Source of the DNA: Sedimentisphaerales bacterium
GTDB lineage: Bacteria > Planctomycetota > Phycisphaerae > Sedimentisphaerales > Anaerobacaceae
Direction: 5' to 3'
Assembly: GCA_963708075.1 (NCBI GenBank)
Contig: OY970194.1
Location: 4,640,001 to 4,704,000, forward strand
DNA: 64,000 bases
Every line of letters begins with the position of its first letter. Within the stretch, counting starts at the first letter, position 1. Of this stretch, positions 1 to 10,003 are shown one piece after another. The notes below the pieces were generated by a model. It saw only the letters and a program-made list of their open reading frames with translations, had not been told where the DNA came from and ran no database searches. The translations under genes were made by a program, and so were the position numbers.

Positions 1-571
1 TCGCCAGTCTCTGCACGAGTGCCCGCAATTCCGGCGCGGCTGTCGGCGTCCCCATGTGGCTGCTCAGGTGCGAGACCTGCGGGATCATCTTCTTGGCCAA
101 CTCGATCTGAGCCCGCAGCTCCTTTTCCACTTCGTCGATTTTCCAGCCGGACTGCAGGAAACCGGTGTTCGGCGGGAAGTCCGGCCGCTGTGCGGTCTGC
201 GGGTAGAAGTTCCCCTGCGCGTCCACCAGGCTCGGCGCCTGCGTCAGCGGGCCCCATTTGTAGTTCTCCCATTCGCTGGTCAGCGTCAGATGCACGCCGA
301 CGTCGAACCCGGGATTCTCCCGCAGCATCTTGACCGCCTCGTTGAACCACGGGCACGGCACCTGCACCTCCACGCTCTTGACGATCCCTTCCTGGTAGCA
401 TTTGATGCACGCGAGATTGGACGTGTGACACGACCCGATATCATCGGCCCGCACCACGAGCTTGATCGCCCCGGGATTGTCCCGCGTCTGTGCGGCACTG
501 CGGCCGTACCCAACGGCCAGAGCCACGGTCAACGCGCCTGCCAACCACAAACAAATCGCTTTTCTATTCAT
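1..571 (-). CDS. YdjC/ChbG/HpnK-family carbohydrate deacetylase with signal peptide (runs off window start)
   Basis: Manual translation from ATG 571: MNRKAICLWLAGALTVALAVG...KLVVRADDIG...DVGVHLTLTSEW...ELRAQI...HLSSHMG; typical YdjC motifs. Confidence 0.8.
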   Translation of the reverse strand, partial: MNRKAICLWLAGALTVALAVGYGRSAAQTRDNPGAIKLVVRADDIGSCHTSNLACIKCYQEGIVKSVEVQVPCPWFNEAVKMLRENPGFDVGVHLTLTSEWENYKWGPLTQAPSLVDAQGNFYPQTAQRPDFPPNTGFLQSGWKIDEVEKELRAQIELAKKMIPQVSHLSSHMGTPTAAPELRALVQRLA

Positions 572-753
572 CGAAAGCCCAGCCTACGACCACCGTACAA
601 GGAAAGCCAAAAGCCCCGTTCTTTTGCTGCTTACGGAGCAAACGCCAACGTCCGTCATTATATGTCGCAACGCTTGCCAGGCAAGCGATTTGTCGCCCGC
701 GAGAGGCCCGAGGGGTGCACGGCAGGATTGTGGCAGAGCAAATAGGAGATTGT

Positions 754-841
754 GGGTGGCAGCGTCAAGCGCAGCTTGGCGATGGTCTTCCTGGGATGCG
801 GTGCAACCATCGCCAAGGCCTGCGGCTTGACGCTGCCACCC
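754..841. repeat. REPIN family A (subtype A2), inverted REP doublet
   Basis: GGGTGGCAGCGTCAAGCGCAGCTTGGCGATGG ... CCATCGCCAAG...CTTGACGCTGCCACCC. Confidence 0.85.
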
Positions 842-1005
842 GGCCCAACTGCCACTTGTTTGTCGCACACCCAGGCCCGGGAGGCTCTATTGGGGCTGGT
901 CCATTCGCCATATCTGTCTCCGGCGGCTAAAGTGGCTCTCGCGGCCGACCGATAAATGCATGAAATGGTGCAATTTCCGTGGTGCCGGAATGAACGAGAG
1001 ACACT

Positions 1006-1919
1006 ATGATCGAATGCAAATGTGAGCAATGCGGGCGAGAGTTTCCCATGAACGAGACGATCCGGGTGGTCGATCGCATCCTCTGCGACGCCTGTTGCGA
1101 TCAGTACCTGGCGGGTCGGAGCTCGCCCGAAACGAACCTGGAGCGCCAGGTGGACCCCACGATCTGCGTGAACTGCCAGAGCGACAACGGGGCGGCCGAG
1201 CTGCCCAAGCTTGCAGGGCGCCGGTGTGCGGCCAGTGCGAGGCCTTTTTCAGGAACCGGCCGTTTCCTGCCTGGATCAAGCTGGCTTTTGCGGCGGTCCT
1301 TGCGCTGGTGGCGGTCTCCCTGATCTGGAACCAGCGATTCTTCCAGGCCTATGCGGCCTCCAGGGCTTCCTTCGCCTCTCTGGCACGGGGAGATATTGAG
1401 GTGGCGTCCGCACAGATGTCCGCCGCGGCCAAACATGTCCCTGAGTGTGCCGACCTGCAAGTCATGGCCACATACTTCGAGGGCGTGGCCCTGTTGCGCG
1501 GGGATCGGTGCGCCGAGGCCCTGGCCAAGCTGGCGCAATGCAAGGGCAGGCTGCCGGAAGAACTGGGCCTGGAAACGCTCATCGTTCAGGCCAGGTGCGG
1601 CGCGACATTCGACGCGAAAGACTACGACGGATTCCTGGCGGCGGCACAAGTCCTGGAACAGAAACTGGCCACGCACTTCATGGGTAAGGCGACCGTCGCT
1701 TCCGCGTGGGCGTGCAAGTACGCCCAGACAGGAGACCCGAGCGCCCGGCAAAATGCCCTCTCCTATTTGGAGCAGGCAAGGAAGATGACGCCGGACGATC
1801 CGGAATGGAAGGAATACGAGAATCGTATTCTACACCGTCTCCACTCCCGCGAGATTCTTACACGAGCCGAATTCGCCCAGCGATTCCCCACCGGCTGGAG
1901 CGAGCAGAAACAGGAGTAA
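1006..1919 (+). CDS. Cys-rich (CxxC) N-terminus + TM helix + TPR-like helical protein; one frameshift near 1218
   Basis: ORF 1006 (CEQC, CDAC, CVNC) joins the ORF 1029 frame (CGQC, TM helix, helical repeats) if one base is added in the GGG run at ~1216-1218. Confidence 0.6.
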
Positions 1920-1922
1920 CCC

Positions 1923-2447
1923 ATGTTCTTTATCCCAGGCCAGCTCATCGCCCTCGCCACGTTTCCCGGCGTTATCGTCCACGAGGCCGCTCACATGTTC
2001 TTCTGCAAGCTCAGGCACGTGGCGGTCTTCGATGTCTGCTTCTTTCGCTTTGGCAACCCGGCCGGGTATGTCGTGCACGAGCATGCGGACAGGTTCAGCA
2101 CAACCTTTCTGATCTGCCTCGGTCCCTTCCTGATCAATTCGCTGCTGTGCATGCTGATCTGCTTCCCCGCGTTTATGCCGTTACGTGTGTTCGGCGTGAC
2201 GCACCCCCTTTCCTATTTCCTGCTCTGGCTGGGCGTGTCCATCGGCATGAACGCGTTCCCGTCCATTGGCGACGCTCACGGCCTGTGGACCCAGGCGAAG
2301 AAAGAAGTCTCCTCGTTCAACCTTCTGGCGATCATCAGCTTCCCCCTGGTGCTGGCGATCTACGCGGCCAACATCCTGCGATTCTTCTGGCTGGACTACC
2401 TCTACGGCATCGGGATCGGCTTGGGTCTGCCCGCGCTGATCTTCTGA
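1923..2447 (+). CDS. Membrane zincin-like metalloprotease (DUF3267-like)
   Basis: PGVIVHEAAH (HExxH), GP.LIN and PS.GD motifs, hydrophobic. Confidence 0.7.
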   Translation: MFFIPGQLIALATFPGVIVHEAAHMFFCKLRHVAVFDVCFFRFGNPAGYVVHEHADRFSTTFLICLGPFLINSLLCMLICFPAFMPLRVFGVTHPLSYFLLWLGVSIGMNAFPSIGDAHGLWTQAKKEVSSFNLLAIISFPLVLAIYAANILRFFWLDYLYGIGIGLGLPALIF

Positions 2448-2544
2448 GCGCCGGCGCAGCGCGCTCCGCATGCCGCCCTTCTGTTTCTCCTTGCCTCAGG
2501 CGGAAGAGTCCACCTATAATGCCGCCGATGACTTGGAGGACACG

Positions 2545-3726
2545 ATGATGCGCATACGAAGAGTCACATCAGTAACGCTTTCGCTGTGGATGGTCGTGCT
2601 GCTTGCTCCGGCTGGAGCTTCGGGGGCGGCAGCGAAAGCGGGGCCGCCGGAGCCTTCGGCGGCAGGGCCCTTCCCGGTGGGCGTGACGACCACGGTGTTC
2701 GTCGATGCAAGCCGCACGGACAATCTCACCAAACAGCCCCGCACGCTCGTCACGGAGATCTGGTATCCCGCCACGGATGAAGCGCGGCAAATGCCCGGGA
2801 ACAAGTACTCGGACTTCATTCCCGGCGGCGTGACCCCTGAGATCGACGCCTTGATCACCACGACGTTCAAGAGGAGCATGGCCGAGGTGGACAAGCTCTT
2901 CTGGAATGAAGCGCATCGAGGCGCACCGGTGCGCGAAGGACGATTCCCGCTGGTGATCTTCTCGCACGGCAACGGAGGCTCGCGTCATCAAAACACCTTC
3001 TGGTGCGACTACCTCGCCAGCCACGGCTACATCATCGTCTCGGCCGATCACACGGGCAACGCCCGCTGGACGATCATCGACGGCAAACCCATCGCCGCCG
3101 CGGCCGGGGAGCGGCTCAACTCCGCCAAAGACCGGCCCCTCGATGTCTGCTTCCTGCTCGACCAGATGATTCGATGGGACACAGGCGCGGACGCACGATT
3201 CGCCGGGCGGATCGATACGGAACATGCGGCCATCGCCGGCATGTCCTTCGGCTCGTTCACCGCCCACTGGGCGGCGGATCGAGAGCCGCGATTCAAGGCG
3301 GTAGTCGCGATGTCCGGCGCGCCGCCCGCTCACACGAATTTGACCGTGCCCTCGCTGCGAATGCTAGGCACAGAGGACCGAACGCTCGGCGTCCTGGGAA
3401 ACGCACTCATTCGCGACAATCATGCGAAGCACACCGGCCCCTCGTTCCTGCTGGAGATGAAGAATGGCGGACACTACTCCTTCACAGACATGTTCAAGAT
3501 CAACAAGAACTTCGGCGACGGCGTGGGAGCCGGCAAGCGGCGGGACACGAACGAGCCGTTCGAGTTCACGTCCATGGAGTTGACCTACAAGATCGTCAAC
3601 TCCTACAGCGTGGCGTTCCTCGGCTATTTCCTGAAGGGCCAGAAAGAGTACCGGGGTTTCCTGAACGAGAACCACTGGCCCGAGACCATGGCCTGGGATG
3701 TGAAGAATGCGCTGGACAAACCCTGA
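2545..3726 (+). CDS. Secreted alpha/beta hydrolase (PAF-acetylhydrolase/dienelactone hydrolase-like)
   Basis: Signal peptide, EIWYPA, FPLVIFSHG, GMSFG nucleophile elbow, GGHYSF; GGAGG RBS. Confidence 0.85.
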   Translation: MMRIRRVTSVTLSLWMVVLLAPAGASGAAAKAGPPEPSAAGPFPVGVTTTVFVDASRTDNLTKQPRTLVTEIWYPATDEARQMPGNKYSDFIPGGVTPEIDALITTTFKRSMAEVDKLFWNEAHRGAPVREGRFPLVIFSHGNGGSRHQNTFWCDYLASHGYIIVSADHTGNARWTIIDGKPIAAAAGERLNSAKDRPLDVCFLLDQMIRWDTGADARFAGRIDTEHAAIAGMSFGSFTAHWAADREPRFKAVVAMSGAPPAHTNLTVPSLRMLGTEDRTLGVLGNALIRDNHAKHTGPSFLLEMKNGGHYSFTDMFKINKNFGDGVGAGKRRDTNEPFEFTSMELTYKIVNSYSVAFLGYFLKGQKEYRGFLNENHWPETMAWDVKNALDKP

Positions 3727-3846
3727 CCCACCCTTGGGTACCCGGGTCTGTGTTTCTTGCACTGCCCGTTCAGAGATGAAAAGCCTTGGGACTCACCCGG
3801 CTCCAGACCTCGATTTGTCGGTATCGGTGAAAATAATTGGGTAGTC

Positions 3847-3939
3847 GGGTGGCAGCGGCAAGCGGAGAGCAGCGGAGCTTGCCGATGGTGCTACGCATCT
3901 GAGGAGCCATCGGCAAGCTGGCGCTTGCCGCTGCCACCC
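3847..3939. repeat. REPIN family A (subtype A1)
   Basis: GGGTGGCAGCGGCAAG...CTTGCCGATGG / CCATCGGCAAG...CTTGCCGCTGCCACCC. Confidence 0.85.
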
Positions 3940-4054
3940 ACCACGGTGTCCCAAAACCTGCACGGGCACGTTTGTCGCTTGTCCCTTCTTCCTCCTTGCC
4001 AGAAGCGCGAATCTTGACTATGATGCTCATCAGATGCGATTTCGGCGACGGCCA

Positions 4055-4075
4055 GTAGGGTGGGCATCGCCCACC
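4055..4075 (+). repeat. GTAG-type REP
   Basis: GTAG+GGTGGGCATCGCCCACC palindrome; related copies at 39749 and 48025. Confidence 0.7.
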
Positions 4076-4101
4076 ATCCTTCTTTTCGCAGGAGTGCGAT
4101 T

Positions 4102-4383
4102 ATGAGCGACAATTTGCCCGAGGAATTCACGCCGGAATATCTCAAAAAGGCTCTCAAGGCGTTCAAGAAACGCCTGAAACTGACGCGGCTCGACGAAGAG
4201 TCCAGCCTCGGCGGCGGCCCGTTCAGCAAGGGGGGCGGCTCCGGCATCTTCGCCATCCAGGCGCCCAGGGAGTATCCCCGCGCCGTCTGGGAAAAGCTCG
4301 TTGAGCAAGGCAAGCTCCGCGACGCCGGCTCCGGCATGTACGAACTCGTCGAAGACGCCAACACGCCCCGCAGCAGGGAATGA
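4102..4383 (+). CDS. Small hypothetical protein
   Basis: AGGAG RBS, clean GC-rich codon usage, LKKALKAFKKRLKLTRLDEES. Confidence 0.7.
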   Translation: MSDNLPEEFTPEYLKKALKAFKKRLKLTRLDEESSLGGGPFSKGGGSGIFAIQAPREYPRAVWEKLVEQGKLRDAGSGMYELVEDANTPRSRE

Positions 4384-4423
4384 GGGCTTGCACATAAGCA
4401 GGGTTTGTCCCTCCCCTGCCGAA

Positions 4424-5338
4424 TCAATATCCCAGTCTGCCCCAGGTGGCTATCTGCATCCTCTGTACATCAGCGATGCCCTCCGGGGTGGTAGGCGCAT
4501 AGTTGTGTGGCGGGTCTACCGTCTTGCCGATGCGGATCGTCTCGGCCCCTCCGTACTTCCAGTAGTCGCTGTGGCCATCGGCGAAAGAGACATTCGTGCC
4601 GTCGGCGTGCCGGACAAACGGCGGGTCCCACCAACTGGGCTTGTTGTACTGGATCGCATAGGCGTCCGGAGTGATCCGGCCTTCATCGAGGAAGACGAGT
4701 CGGTAGGCCGGAACGGGGACGACAATCTCCGACCGCCTCTTCACCATCAACACCGTCTTGCCCACTCGCACGCCCTGGTTGCCGTTGAAGGTCCCGGCGG
4801 CATCGAAACAACCGTTCATCCCGTAGCTTGTGGAGTACGTACGCATCTCGCCACGAATCCCGGTGGGACACCGGTATACCTTTTCCGTCTTGCAGTAGGG
4901 AAACATCGCTCCGGCCCGGATGGCTTCCACTTGTGTATTCAGCGGCCGTTGTTCTCCCTGCATGAAACCGCTGGCACAATCGTTGCCTACCCAAAAGCGC
5001 TCGCCCTGGTGAGGACCGGAGGTGGGCACCGGCGCCATGGGAGGGGCGGTCGGCGCCGAATAGGCTTCACCGTTGACAATCTTGTCATCGTTCTCATCGG
5101 CATACATGATCCAGCAGAGGGTCAATGACTTCATGTGGTTCAGGCAGACTGCTCGTCTGCCCTGTTCTCTGGCCCGATTCAGTGAGGGCATCAGGACGGC
5201 CATCAGGACGGCGATGATGGCGATGACCACGAGGAGCTCGATGAGGGTAAATGCCTCTTGAGACCCGCTATTTCCGCGATGAGAGCCCCTCACTTCGGCC
5301 CGGATGAACTCGCTTTCTCGTTTTTGCTTGCCCATCAT
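4424..5338 (-). CDS. Prepilin-type N-terminal cleavage/methylation protein with H-X9-DG motif (class B)
   Basis: [31 protein letters not shown]. Confidence 0.9.
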   Translation of the reverse strand: MMGKQKRESEFIRAEVRGSHRGNSGSQEAFTLIELLVVIAIIAVLMAVLMPSLNRAREQGRRAVCLNHMKSLTLCWIMYADENDDKIVNGEAYSAPTAPPMAPVPTSGPHQGERFWVGNDCASGFMQGEQRPLNTQVEAIRAGAMFPYCKTEKVYRCPTGIRGEMRTYSTSYGMNGCFDAAGTFNGNQGVRVGKTVLMVKRRSEIVVPVPAYRLVFLDEGRITPDAYAIQYNKPSWWDPPFVRHADGTNVSFADGHSDYWKYGGAETIRIGKTVDPPHNYAPTTPEGIADVQRMQIATWGRLGY

Positions 5339-5549
5339 GAAGCTCCTTCGCCGGCAACCGCTCACGGGCAGTCTCAGAGTATTGAACAACGCACCCTGTC
5401 ATCAGGCGGGCTGGACCCGGCCAGTTGTGATCGGGTCAAAACCAGCCAGTATTCTCTCCTGTTTTGTACACTTTCCGCCTTCCCCACGCAAGTGAATTCG
5501 CACCGGCGGAATCCCCGCAGGTACGCGACAAGAAAGCAGCAGTCAAGGC

Positions 5550-5628
5550 GGGTGCCATGTCCACGCTCGCGTGGACATGCTCTACCGACCGGGCAAGGCA
5601 TGCTTACGCAAGCGTAAGCATGGCACCC
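5550..5628. repeat. REPIN family B
   Basis: GGGTGCCATGTCCACG..CGTGGACATG...CATGCTTACGCAAGCGTAAGCATGGCACCC; second copy at 31651. Confidence 0.8.
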
Positions 5629-5650
5629 AGCCAAACGGCCGGAAGCCGAC

Positions 5651-5743
5651 GGGTGGCAGCGGCAAGCGGAGCCTGCGGAGCTTGCCGATGGTGGTGTGCA
5701 ACATATGGAAGCCATCGGCAAGCTGCGCTTGCCGCTGCCACCC
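5651..5743. repeat. REPIN family A (A1)
   Basis: Same arms as the 3847 copy. Confidence 0.85.
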
Positions 5744-5840
5744 GGAGATGCGGAATACTCAGTCGCAGCGCACATCAGATAGAGAGGCTGTGCATGCCGT
5801 GGCCTGCGTGATTGCGAACGCCGGGGGAGTCTAGCCTGCG

Positions 5841-7091
5841 TCAGACCTTCTGGCGGCGCAGGCCGAAGATCGCGCCGAGCCAGGTGAATGCGCCGAGGCC
5901 CAGGAGATTCAAGGCGGTGAAGACGATCGCCGCCTCTTTCTGGCCCACGATCAGCGCCGCCATTGCGAGAGCCCCCAGAAACACCATGCCGGTGACCAGG
6001 GCCAGCGCTTTCGGATCGATCTGCGCCTCTTGATCCTTGAAGATGCGGGTGGCAGGGATGAGCAGCAGTGCCAGGTTCGCCCCGAGCAGGAAGAAATGCG
6101 GGACCATGGTGATCGCGCCGCAGACGATGGATACGATGGCGCCGAGCAGCAGCACACCGAAGATGGTGCTGCTCCATCTTTGCTGCTTCGACAGCGCGTA
6201 CCGGCCGTACTTGTTACACTGAAGCACCAGGTTGAACATGGGATCGATCAACCACGTCAAGAGGACGAAGATGGCGTAGACGACGACAATTGGGAGAATG
6301 AAGGGCGCTATGCCCGGATTCTCCCTGGCCACCGCCCTCAGAACCTTCACGAGGACAACCGCTCCGATGACCAGTCCCCCGCGGACGCGCGGCGGCAGCG
6401 TGCTCATCCAGAGAAAGAACCGCAGCAGCCATCGGTACAGGAAGTACCGTGCCTTCAGGGCTTCCACCAGCCCGTGACGCGCGTAATCGAAGTTCGGATT
6501 CAGGCGCAGGGCTTCGCTGAAGTGCTCCAAGGCTTTCTGGTGCTGGCCCTTATGCAGGTAGCTCCACCCGAGGTTCGCGTGCGTGTGCGCGTTCTCCGGG
6601 TTCTCCTGCAGGGCCTGTCCGATCGTCTGATGGGCGTCCTCGTGCCGATTCAGCTTGACCAGGGCCATGGCGCGGTGGTTGAGACATTCCTGGTGGCTCG
6701 GATCGTGGGTCAATCCCTCATTGGCGGCATCGAGCGCCTCCTGCCATCGCTGTGCCCGAAGGTAGATCAGGGCTCGCAGACCGTGGTAATCGCTCTCTTC
6801 CGGATTCAGACGAATGGCCTGTTCGACCGCCTGGCGGGCGCCTGGCAGATCGTCGCTCTGAACCTTGACCCACCCCATGATGTAGTGGCAGTAGGGTTCG
6901 TCGGGCGCCAACCCGATGGCGTGCCGCGCGGAGCTTTCTGCCTCCTGGAGCTTGTCCTGTTGGGCCAGGCTGTATGCCAGTAAAGCGTGCGTCTGAGGAT
7001 CCTCGGGCTCCTGTGCCAGGACCTGGCGCAACTCCTTCTCGGCGAGATCGTAACGGGACTGCTGCAAGAGCAGTAAAGCTCTCTGAATCAT
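5841..7091 (-). CDS. TPR repeat protein with C-terminal membrane helices
   Basis: Multiple TPR units (A..LNP...A) followed by several hydrophobic segments. Confidence 0.85.
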   Translation of the reverse strand: MIQRALLLLQQSRYDLAEKELRQVLAQEPEDPQTHALLAYSLAQQDKLQEAESSARHAIGLAPDEPYCHYIMGWVKVQSDDLPGARQAVEQAIRLNPEESDYHGLRALIYLRAQRWQEALDAANEGLTHDPSHQECLNHRAMALVKLNRHEDAHQTIGQALQENPENAHTHANLGWSYLHKGQHQKALEHFSEALRLNPNFDYARHGLVEALKARYFLYRWLLRFFLWMSTLPPRVRGGLVIGAVVLVKVLRAVARENPGIAPFILPIVVVYAIFVLLTWLIDPMFNLVLQCNKYGRYALSKQQRWSSTIFGVLLLGAIVSIVCGAITMVPHFFLLGANLALLLIPATRIFKDQEAQIDPKALALVTGMVFLGALAMAALIVGQKEAAIVFTALNLLGLGAFTWLGAIFGLRRQKV

Positions 7092-7098
7092 GATGGTC

Positions 7099-8469
7099 CT
7101 ATCTCAGCTTCAGGTAATCGACAATGTCGTCGTAGATTCCTCCCTCGTTCGCATAGAGCGCGTAGTTGCGGGCGGAAGCGAACCACTGGCTGGTGGAAGG
7201 CTTGACCTGCTTGAGCATCCGCAACAGATCCTTCGTCGTCAGGGGTTCCGGGACCCCTTTGGCCAGAGCTTCTTCAAGCCTGTCCTCGACAGCCTGATCG
7301 ACCATGCCTTTCAGGTCCGCCCCGGAGAACTTATCGGTCTTCTTGGCAATCGCATCGTAGTCGATGTCCACCTGGGGCTTGCCGCGAAGCAGGACGCGCA
7401 GGATGGCAGCGCGGGCCTCCAGGTCCGGCGGCGGGACAAACAGCAGCCGGTCGAATCGGCCGGGCCGGCGAAATGCCGGGTCCAGGTGCCACGGGGCATT
7501 GGTGGCCGCCAGAATGAGGATCCCGTCGTTGGTGCTGTCGATACCATCCAATTCGGAGAGAAACTGGTTGATAAGATGGCGGCCGCTGCTGGCCTTGAGG
7601 TCCGCCCGGCTGGACCCCAGCGCATCGACTTCATCGAAGAACAGGACGCAGGGAGCGTGCTCCCGGGCGTTCTCGAACAACGCGTGCAGGCGCTGCTCGC
7701 TGTTGCCGATGTACATGTCGAGAACATCGTGCAGTCCCACAGAGTAGAACGCCGCATCGATCTCTCCGGCGGTGGCCCGGGCCAGGTAGGTCTTGCCGCA
7801 TCCCGGCGGGCCGTACATCAGCAGACTGCCGCCGATGGCCTTGCCGTAGGCCTGATAGACCTCCGGATGTTTCATTGGCTCAATGATCTTCAGGCGAATC
7901 TGCTTCTTCAGGTCGTCCATGCCGCCGACGTCTTTGAACCCGATATCCGGCTTTTCCATTTCCAGCAAGGGTTCGTCCGAGCGATCTTCACCGATGGGCA
8001 TGCGAATCCGCCCCTGTTCATCCACGTCGGGATCGTCCTGCCATGGCTCGGCATCCCCTGCGGGCGGAATGTCAAGCGTCGCCGCCAGGTCCGGATCGGC
8101 CAGCTCAGGATTGATCGTAACGCCCCGCTGGTAGGCCTGCGCCGCCTCGGACAATTGGCCCTTCACCAGCAGCAGCCGGGCATACTGGATGTAGTACTCC
8201 GGCTTGCAGTTCGGGCGTTTCGTGAGGTCCTCCAGAATCACCAGCGCCGCAGAGGTATTGCCCCGCTTACGGTAGCACTCCGCCAGAGTCGCTTGGAGTA
8301 CCTCGCTCGTCGATTGCTTTTCCAGCCCTTCGCGCAGGAGGGCCTCGGCCTGCTCCAGTTGGCCGCGCGCCATCAGCAAACGGGCGAGCTGACTCCGCAG
8401 CACGCTGTTCTCCGGCGACAGCTCCAGAGCCTCCCGCAACGCATTGATCGTCTCATCCTGTTCGAACAT
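7099..8469 (-). CDS. AAA+ ATPase with N-terminal TPR
   Basis: Walker A GPPGCGKT, Walker B LFFDEVD, SRH AATNAPWHLDPAFRRPGRFD. Confidence 0.9.
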   Translation of the reverse strand: MFEQDETINALREALELSPENSVLRSQLARLLMARGQLEQAEALLREGLEKQSTSEVLQATLAECYRKRGNTSAALVILEDLTKRPNCKPEYYIQYARLLLVKGQLSEAAQAYQRGVTINPELADPDLAATLDIPPAGDAEPWQDDPDVDEQGRIRMPIGEDRSDEPLLEMEKPDIGFKDVGGMDDLKKQIRLKIIEPMKHPEVYQAYGKAIGGSLLMYGPPGCGKTYLARATAGEIDAAFYSVGLHDVLDMYIGNSEQRLHALFENAREHAPCVLFFDEVDALGSSRADLKASSGRHLINQFLSELDGIDSTNDGILILAATNAPWHLDPAFRRPGRFDRLLFVPPPDLEARAAILRVLLRGKPQVDIDYDAIAKKTDKFSGADLKGMVDQAVEDRLEEALAKGVPEPLTTKDLLRMLKQVKPSTSQWFASARNYALYANEGGIYDDIVDYLKLR

Positions 8470-8503
8470 AGTTCCAATTATCAAGAAACGTCGTGATTCC
8501 CAT

Positions 8504-8728
8504 TTACCGTCGCTCTGCCTCCACCCTCTGACGTAAACCCTCAAGCGTCAAGAGTTTGCCAGGGTCTTTTTCGTATTCGGCCAACCTCCTGTCCAATTCT
8601 GCCTGGTGACTCCGGGGCACAGAAACGCCCGATGGCTCCGAAGCGATGCTGTCCCAAAGGTCTTCGAGAAGCAGGATTCGTTCCGGCACGCTCAGCCCTG
8701 CAATTTCAGGAATCTCATTGAGGCGCAT
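8504..8728 (-). CDS. Addiction module component (TIGR02574-like putative antitoxin)
   Basis: LSVPERILLLEDLWDSI...HQAELDRRLA; 74 aa; AGGAG upstream. Confidence 0.8.
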   Translation of the reverse strand: MRLNEIPEIAGLSVPERILLLEDLWDSIASEPSGVSVPRSHQAELDRRLAEYEKDPGKLLTLEGLRQRVEAERR

Positions 8729-8861
8729 CCTTCGTACTCCTACAGACCCATCCCCGCCGCTTGGTTCTTCCGGCACATCATACTCATCGGAGGACTCCGC
8801 GCCAAGCTCTCCATGCCAGAGGTCGGCAGCGAATAAGACCAAAGGTGGTCTGACCGACCAT

Positions 8862-9037
8862 GAGTTTATCGCTTTAAGCCTCCAGCATGGTTTGGTAAGA
8901 TTGCCTTGCCGCCACGGGGGATAGGGCAACGCAGGAGTGCGACCCGAGCACCATGGCGGTGCCATACGGCATGGGGCCGGTGGCTCACTCGGCGCCGGCC
9001 CCCCACAACCATGCTGGAGGCCCAAAGCGAAAAACTC
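8862..9037. other. Structured element with ~28-bp closing stem and internal hairpins (candidate ncRNA or MITE)
   Basis: GAGTTT-TCGCTTT-GCCTCCAGCATGGTT pairs with AACCATGCTGGAGGC-AAAGCGA-AAACTC. Confidence 0.5.
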
Positions 9038-9076
9038 CCGCCTCGCCAGAGGCGGAAATGAGACTCCTGTTTAGCG

Positions 9077-10000
9077 ATGAGAAACGAGACGATAGCTGTA
9101 GCCAAAGTACCGATTCACTTCCTCGGCTTCCTTGCGAACGTGAACGACTCCATCACAGGCCTTAGGATGGGCAACGAGTTCGCGATAGAACGGAAGTCGA
9201 ATAGTGAACTTGCGCCATTCCTGAGGCAGATTGACAAGCACTATGGATTGCAGACGGGCTTTCCCTTCTTGACTCGGAGCCATGGTTGCGTAGTAAGGCG
9301 GGAGATCGCGCAGTTTGAGGGGACGCCGCAGGGCGGTGTGGCTGTTCGGCCCCATGTGTTAAATGAGGGGCACAAGTTTGTCCGCGACAAATGCCATCTT
9401 CTCGGATTATTCAAGGAGGGTAACATCGTCCTCGCCTATTCGTTTTTGTATCACATCGCTGATGCAGACGAGGAGGTGAAGCCCTTTGGCTTCATCCGAG
9501 AGTACCCTATCTTGGACACTACGCCGTTCGCGCTGACGACCGCTGAGAAACCGGACACGGAGTCTTTCTTACGGACTACCTCGCTTCCATTGCCCAACAG
9601 CGCTCTTCAACTGGCTCTGGAGAGCTTCGATAAGTCCTACGAAACCGACGACGCTGGTTTGGCCTTTCTCTCATTGATGATTGCCATGGAAGTAGTGCTG
9701 AATCCGTCAGATCACGAGCTAAGGTATCGCGTGTCCAGGAACGCCGGCGTCTTACTAGGACGGAATCGAAATGACGGTGAGACAGTCTACAGAGAGATGA
9801 AGGAGCTATACGACAGAAGGTCCAAACTTGTACACACCGGTGACAAGTCGGTCATCGCACGTGAGGATGTCCTTAGACTACGGCACTATGTGAGGGAGAC
9901 GATCAAGGAGGCAATGAAGTCCCGGATGTCAAAAGAGGAACTTCTGAACACCCTGAATGCATGCGGTCTTGGGGAAAGGCCGTGGAGAGAGGGCCGGTAG
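9077..10000 (+). CDS. ApeA-like HEPN domain protein
   Basis: FLSLMIAME and LYDRRSKLVHTG (RxxxxH); less GC-biased codon usage than neighbours. Confidence 0.75.
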   Translation: MRNETIAVAKVPIHFLGFLANVNDSITGLRMGNEFAIERKSNSELAPFLRQIDKHYGLQTGFPFLTRSHGCVVRREIAQFEGTPQGGVAVRPHVLNEGHKFVRDKCHLLGLFKEGNIVLAYSFLYHIADADEEVKPFGFIREYPILDTTPFALTTAEKPDTESFLRTTSLPLPNSALQLALESFDKSYETDDAGLAFLSLMIAMEVVLNPSDHELRYRVSRNAGVLLGRNRNDGETVYREMKELYDRRSKLVHTGDKSVIAREDVLRLRHYVRETIKEAMKSRMSKEELLNTLNACGLGERPWREGR

Positions 10001-10003
10001 GGT

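Noticed and set aside
8862..9037. Retron msr-msd ncRNA
   Set aside because: Terminal inverted repeats fit, but there is no reverse transcriptase in the window and no long msd hairpin
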